Shown in pieces: positions 59,545 through 64,000 of a stretch of DNA of 64,000 nt. Below the pieces are notes generated by a model. The model worked only from the letters and a program-made list of their open reading frames with translations, was not told the origin of the DNA and did no database searches. The translations under genes and the position numbers were made by a program. The stretch comes from Centroscyllium fabricii (taxonomy: Eukaryota), in NCBI GenBank assembly GCA_051313645.2, contig JBNRSN020000025.1, positions 31,310,001 to 31,374,000 on the forward strand, read 5' to 3'. Within the stretch, counting starts at the first letter, position 1, and every line of letters starts with the position of its first letter.

Positions 59545-60567
59545 AGCAACACCAACTTGCATTTATATAGCACCTTTATCGTAGTAAAATGTTCCAAGGT
59601 GCTTCACAGGAGCGTTATCAATCATAACTTAACACCGACATACATTAGGAGATATTAGGACAGATGAGGTAGGTTTTAAGGGGCGTCTTAAAGGAGGAGA
59701 TAGAGAGCAATGGGCGGCACGGTGGCACAGCGGTTAGCACTGTTGTCTCACAGCACTGGAGACCCGGGTTCAAATCCAGCCTCGGGTACTATCTGTGTGG
59801 AGTTTGCACATTCTCCCCGTGTCTGCGTGGGTTTCCTCCGGGTGCTCCGGTTTCCTCCCACAGTCCAAAGATGTGCGGGTTAGGTTGGTTGGCCATGATA
59901 AATTGACCCTTAGTGTTAGGGGGATGAATATGTGGGGCTACGGTGATAGGGTGGGATATGTGTCGATGCAGGCTCGATAGGGATATGGGGAGAGGGCAGG
60001 GGCGGGGTACTGGGTTTGGATGATCAGCCATGATCTCATTGAATGGCAGAGCAGGCTCGAAGGGCCGAATGGCCTACTCCTGCTCCTAGTTTCTATGTTT
60101 CTAATGATCCCTTCAAGCCGCACAAAGCTCTGGGCCTCCCGCGCAGCAGGCTTACCAGCTCTTAAATGCAAAAACAGCACAGCCCCCCAAAAAATTAGAG
60201 TGAGCATTGGCAGAGAGACAAAGAGGGTTAGCGAGGGAATTCCAGAGCTTAGCATCCAGGCAGCTGAAAGCACGGCTACCAATGATGGCGTGATTAAAAT
60301 AGGCGATCCGCAAGAGGCCAGAATTGGAGGAGAGCAGAGATCTCAGGGTGGGGGGCGGGTTTGTAGGATTGGAGGAGGTTACAGAGATAGGGAGGGGGCG
60401 AGGCCATGGAGGGATTTGAAAACAATGATGAGAATTTTAAAATCGAGGTGTTGCTTAACCGGGAGCCAATGTAGGTCAGCGAGCACAGGGGTGATGGGTG
60501 AACAGGACTTGGTGCGAGTTAGGATACGGGCAGAAGAATTTTGGATGAGTCCAAGTTTATGGAGAGT
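59545..60567 (-). mobile_element. L2 LINE 3' fragment interrupted by HE1
   Basis: IQNSSARILTRT…HWLPVKQHLDFKIL L2 RT motifs. Confidence 0.82.
59712..60102 (+). mobile_element. HE1-type V-SINE
   Basis: Full-length copy. Confidence 0.9.
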
Positions 60568-60630
60568 GTGACGTAGCGTCAATAATATAAAGACGCGTAG
60601 TTACCTTAACTAAAGGCTTTTATTAGCTTT

Positions 60631-60830
60631 NNNNNNNNNNNNNNNNNNNNNNNNNNNNNNNNNNNNNNNNNNNNNNNNNNNNNNNNNNNNNNNNNNNNNN
60701 NNNNNNNNNNNNNNNNNNNNNNNNNNNNNNNNNNNNNNNNNNNNNNNNNNNNNNNNNNNNNNNNNNNNNNNNNNNNNNNNNNNNNNNNNNNNNNNNNNNN
60801 NNNNNNNNNNNNNNNNNNNNNNNNNNNNNN
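60631..60830. other. assembly gap (200 N)
   Basis: Run of N. Confidence 1.
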
Positions 60831-62127
60831 GAAGCCTGTGGGTTTGAAGTGCATCTCAGAACACCAGCGCGTAACCTAGGCTGAAACCAGCGCAGTGCAG
60901 AGAGTGTTGCATTCCTGTCCTTCAGAGGAGATGTTAAAAGCTGCAATGGGAAGATGGTAGGATTGATATTCTGGAAGAATAAAAAGAGCCTTCTTCACCT
61001 GTGTCTACCTTGCAGTGTCGCTGGAGAAGATCCTGAGCTAACAGCAACACCAACTTGCATTTATATAGCACCTTTATCGTAGTAAAATGTTCCAAGGTGC
61101 TTCACAGGAGCGTTATCAATCATAACTTAACACCGACATACATTAGGAGATATTAGGACAGATGAGGTAGGTTTTAAGGGGCGTCTTAAAGGAGGAGATA
61201 GAGAGCAATGGGCGGCACGGTGGCACAGCGGTTAGCACTGTTGTCTCACAGCACTGGAGACCCGGGTTCAAATCCAGCCTCGGGTACTATCTGTGTGGAG
61301 TTTGCACATTCTCCCCGTGTCTGCGTGGGTTTCCTCCGGGTGCTCCGGTTTCCTCCCACAGTCCAAAGATGTGCGGGTTAGGTTGGTTGGCCATGATAAA
61401 TTGACCCTTAGTGTTAGGGGGATGAATATGTGGGGCTACGGTGATAGGGTGGGATATGTGTCGATGCAGGCTCGATAGGGATATGGGGAGAGGGCAGGGG
61501 CGGGGTACTGGGTTTGGATGATCAGCCATGATCTCATTGAATGGCAGAGCAGGCTCGAAGGGCCGAATGGCCTACTCCTGCTCCTAGTTTCTATGTTTCT
61601 AATGATCCCTTCAAGCCGCACAAAGCTCTGGGCCTCCCGCGCAGCAGGCTTACCAGCTCTTAAATGCAAAAACAGCACAGCCCCCCAAAAAATTAGAGTG
61701 AGCATTGGCAGAGAGACAAAGAGGGTTAGCGAGGGAATTCCAGAGCTTAGCATCCAGGCAGCTGAAAGCACGGCTACCAATGATGGCGTGATTAAAATAG
61801 GCGATCCGCAAGAGGCCAGAATTGGAGGAGAGCAGAGATCTCAGGGTGGGGGGCGGGTTTGTAGGATTGGAGGAGGTTACAGAGATAGGGAGGGGGCGAG
61901 GCCATGGAGGGATTTGAAAACAATGATGAGAATTTAAAATCGAGGTGTTGCTTAACCGGGAGCCAATGTAGGTCAGCGAGCACAGGGGTGATGGGTGAAC
62001 AGGACTTGGTGCGAGTTAGGATACGGGCAGAAGAATTTTGGATGAGTCCAAGTTTATGGAGAGTGTGACGTAGCGTCAATAATATAAAGACGCGTAGTTA
62101 CCTTAACTAAAGGCTTTTATTAGCTTT
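60831..62127 (+). repeat. near-identical duplicate of 59333-60630
   Basis: Offset 1498 bp. The only difference noticed is a 1-bp T indel near 61933. Confidence 0.95.
61210..61600 (+). mobile_element. HE1-type V-SINE (duplicate of 59712-60102)
   Basis: Identical to the copy before the gap. Confidence 0.9.
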
Positions 62128-62357
62128 ACAAAGGAGCTACGCTCCGGTCGAACATCAGGTACAGAATGAAAGGGGGCAGGTCAGACCCCACCTATAAGGC
62201 ACTCACCTGAGGGGAGGAGTTAGAGGTGTGGCTGACCTGACCCCGCGACAGTGTCGCAATACAAAGCTGTGTATAGTGCACCCAGCCGCTATATATGCTG
62301 GTTGATATTGTGCATCAATATTACAGTGGTAATAAACATTATATAACGGTTACCACA
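62066..62357 (-). mobile_element. solo LTR (292 bp) inserted in L2
   Basis: TG…CA termini with TSD GAGTG. Homologous to 30924-31209. Confidence 0.92.
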
Positions 62358-62663
62358 GAGTGCAAGATAGGAGTCCAGCCAGGAGTGCATTGGAATAGTC
62401 AAGTCTAGAGGTAACAAGGGAATGGATGAGGGTTTCAGCAGCGGAGTCGGGCTGTATATCCTTATATGTAGTATGGTGAGACAACCCTCTGATTCCCCTT
62501 GTGAGGTTAGTCCCCACACAATGTGGACAAAATTGGGAACTTAGCACAGTGACAGACCACGGCTCATGACTTACGGCCCGCCAAACTCTTGGTGTTTGGT
62601 AGGCGGCCCAGTAGGCCGCTCTCAATCCTACTGAATGGTTCTGCTGCCTTCACTTGCCACCTT

Positions 62664-63100
62664 GCTGTGGCTCACTGGGTGGAACTCTCTCACCCCTGAG
62701 TCAAGAGGTTGTGGGTTCAAGCCCCGCTCCAAAGACTTGAGAACATAAGCTAGGTTGACGCTCCAGTGCAGCACTGAGGGAGTGCTGCACTGTCGGAGGT
62801 GTAGTTTTTCGGATGAGACGTTAGCCGAAGCCCCGTATACCCTCTCAGGTGGACGTAAAAGATCCCATGGCACTATTTCGAGAAAGGGTGTCCTGGACAA
62901 TATTTATCCCCCAACCAACATCACTAAAACAGATTATCTGGTCATTATCAGATTGCTGTTTGTTGGATCCTGCTGTGGGCAAATTGGCTGCCACGTTTCC
63001 TGCATTACAACAGTGACTACACTTCAAAAGTACTTCATTGTAAAATGCTCTGGGACATCCTGACAATGTGAAAAGTGTGATATAAATGCAAATCTTTCAT
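62664..63100 (+). mobile_element. DeuSINE (SacSINE1-like)
   Basis: tRNA-like head (GGGTTCAAGCCCC), Deu-type core (cagtgcagcactgagggagtgctgcactg…gatcccatggcactatttcg) and L2-like tail. Confidence 0.8.
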
Positions 63101-63414
63101 TTTTTAAATTCCTCTTGCAGATGTAAGACAATCCAACAATCCCACTCAATCCCCCAGAAGCAACAGAAACAGGTTTACCCAATCACAAGCCAGCAAATTT
63201 TACCCACTTTTAATATTGTTGGGATATTCAACAACCTGAACACAAGAGTTTGAAATCTGCTGTTACAATCTTTTGTTATTGAATCTCCTTGTGTTTACTA
63301 AGAGCTGTGTGTTGCAGGACAACAATAGACTCGCGTGTGCGACCCAGCTCATCTCCCAGGAGAAGGTTAAGGGCATATTCATATAATGAGCCCAGTTAAC
63401 AACCGCAGCCAACC

Positions 63415-64000
63415 TGTTTTCATGGAATGTATGCAAGATAGTTTTCTAGATCAGTATGTTGAGGAACCAACTAGGGAACAGGCTATTTTAGATCTAGTAT
63501 TGTGCAACGAGAAAGGGTTAATTAATAACCTTGTAGTAAAGGGGTCTTTAGGGAAGAGTGACCATAATATGATAGAATTTTACAATGAGTTTGAAAATGA
63601 ATTTAGTTAAACCCAAAACTAGAGTCTTAAATCTAAACAAAGCAAACTACGTAGGTATGAAGGGTGAGTTGGCTAAGGTAGATTGGGAAACTACATTAAA
63701 AGGTATGACGGTAGAGAAGCATGACTAACATTTAAAGAATTCATACATAATTTACAACAAATATACATTCCTTTAAGGCACAACAATCCCACAGGAAAAG
63801 TGGTCCAACCGTGGCTAACAAGAGAAGTTGAAGATAGTATTAGATCAAAGGAAGAGGCTTATAATGTTGCCAAAAAGAGAAGTAAGCCTGAGGTTGGGCG
63901 GATTTTAGAATTCAGCAAAGGAAGACCAAGAAACTGATTTTAAAAAGGGAAAATAGAATGAGAGTAAACTAGCGAGAGACATAAAAACAGACTGTAAAAG
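63415..64000 (+). mobile_element. CR1 ORF2 fragment (endonuclease end), runs off the window
   Basis: QYVEEPTREQAILDLVLCN…SDHNMIEF. Confidence 0.9.

Noticed and set aside
60606-60946. ORFs containing X runs
   Set aside because: Artefacts of translating through the N gap.

Overview
This is repeat-dominated vertebrate DNA, most likely from a cartilaginous fish (shark). That inference rests on HE1-type V-SINEs, SacSINE1-type DeuSINEs and dense HER1/CR1 LINEs, all recognised from memory rather than by search. I found no convincing host protein-coding exon: nearly every protein-like ORF is a transposon remnant, so the window looks like an intron or gene desert with a few AT-rich unique blocks. Main contents: (1) a structurally complete but inactivated Gypsy LTR retrotransposon (26076-30695, minus strand, 283-bp LTRs, GCGGT target-site duplication). 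It has no tRNA primer-binding site; instead a perfect 14-bp hairpin pairs the PBS position with the LTR poly(A) signal, and its RT motif reads YLDN. (2) A second truncated Gypsy relative and three solo LTRs with 5-bp TSDs. (3) Penelope-like elements with minimal hammerhead ribozymes and fold-back insertions. (4) CR1, L2 and Rex1/Babar LINE fragments, often nested. (5) Tigger-like MITEs sharing ends but with different interiors, including YY1+NRF1 motif arrays, plus Harbinger-like MITEs. (6) Two different 5S-rRNA-derived SINEs. (7) A 67-bp minisatellite. (8) A 200-N gap flanked by a probable false duplication. TSD- and TIR-defined boundaries were counted by hand; boundaries of decayed LINE and SINE fragments are approximate.
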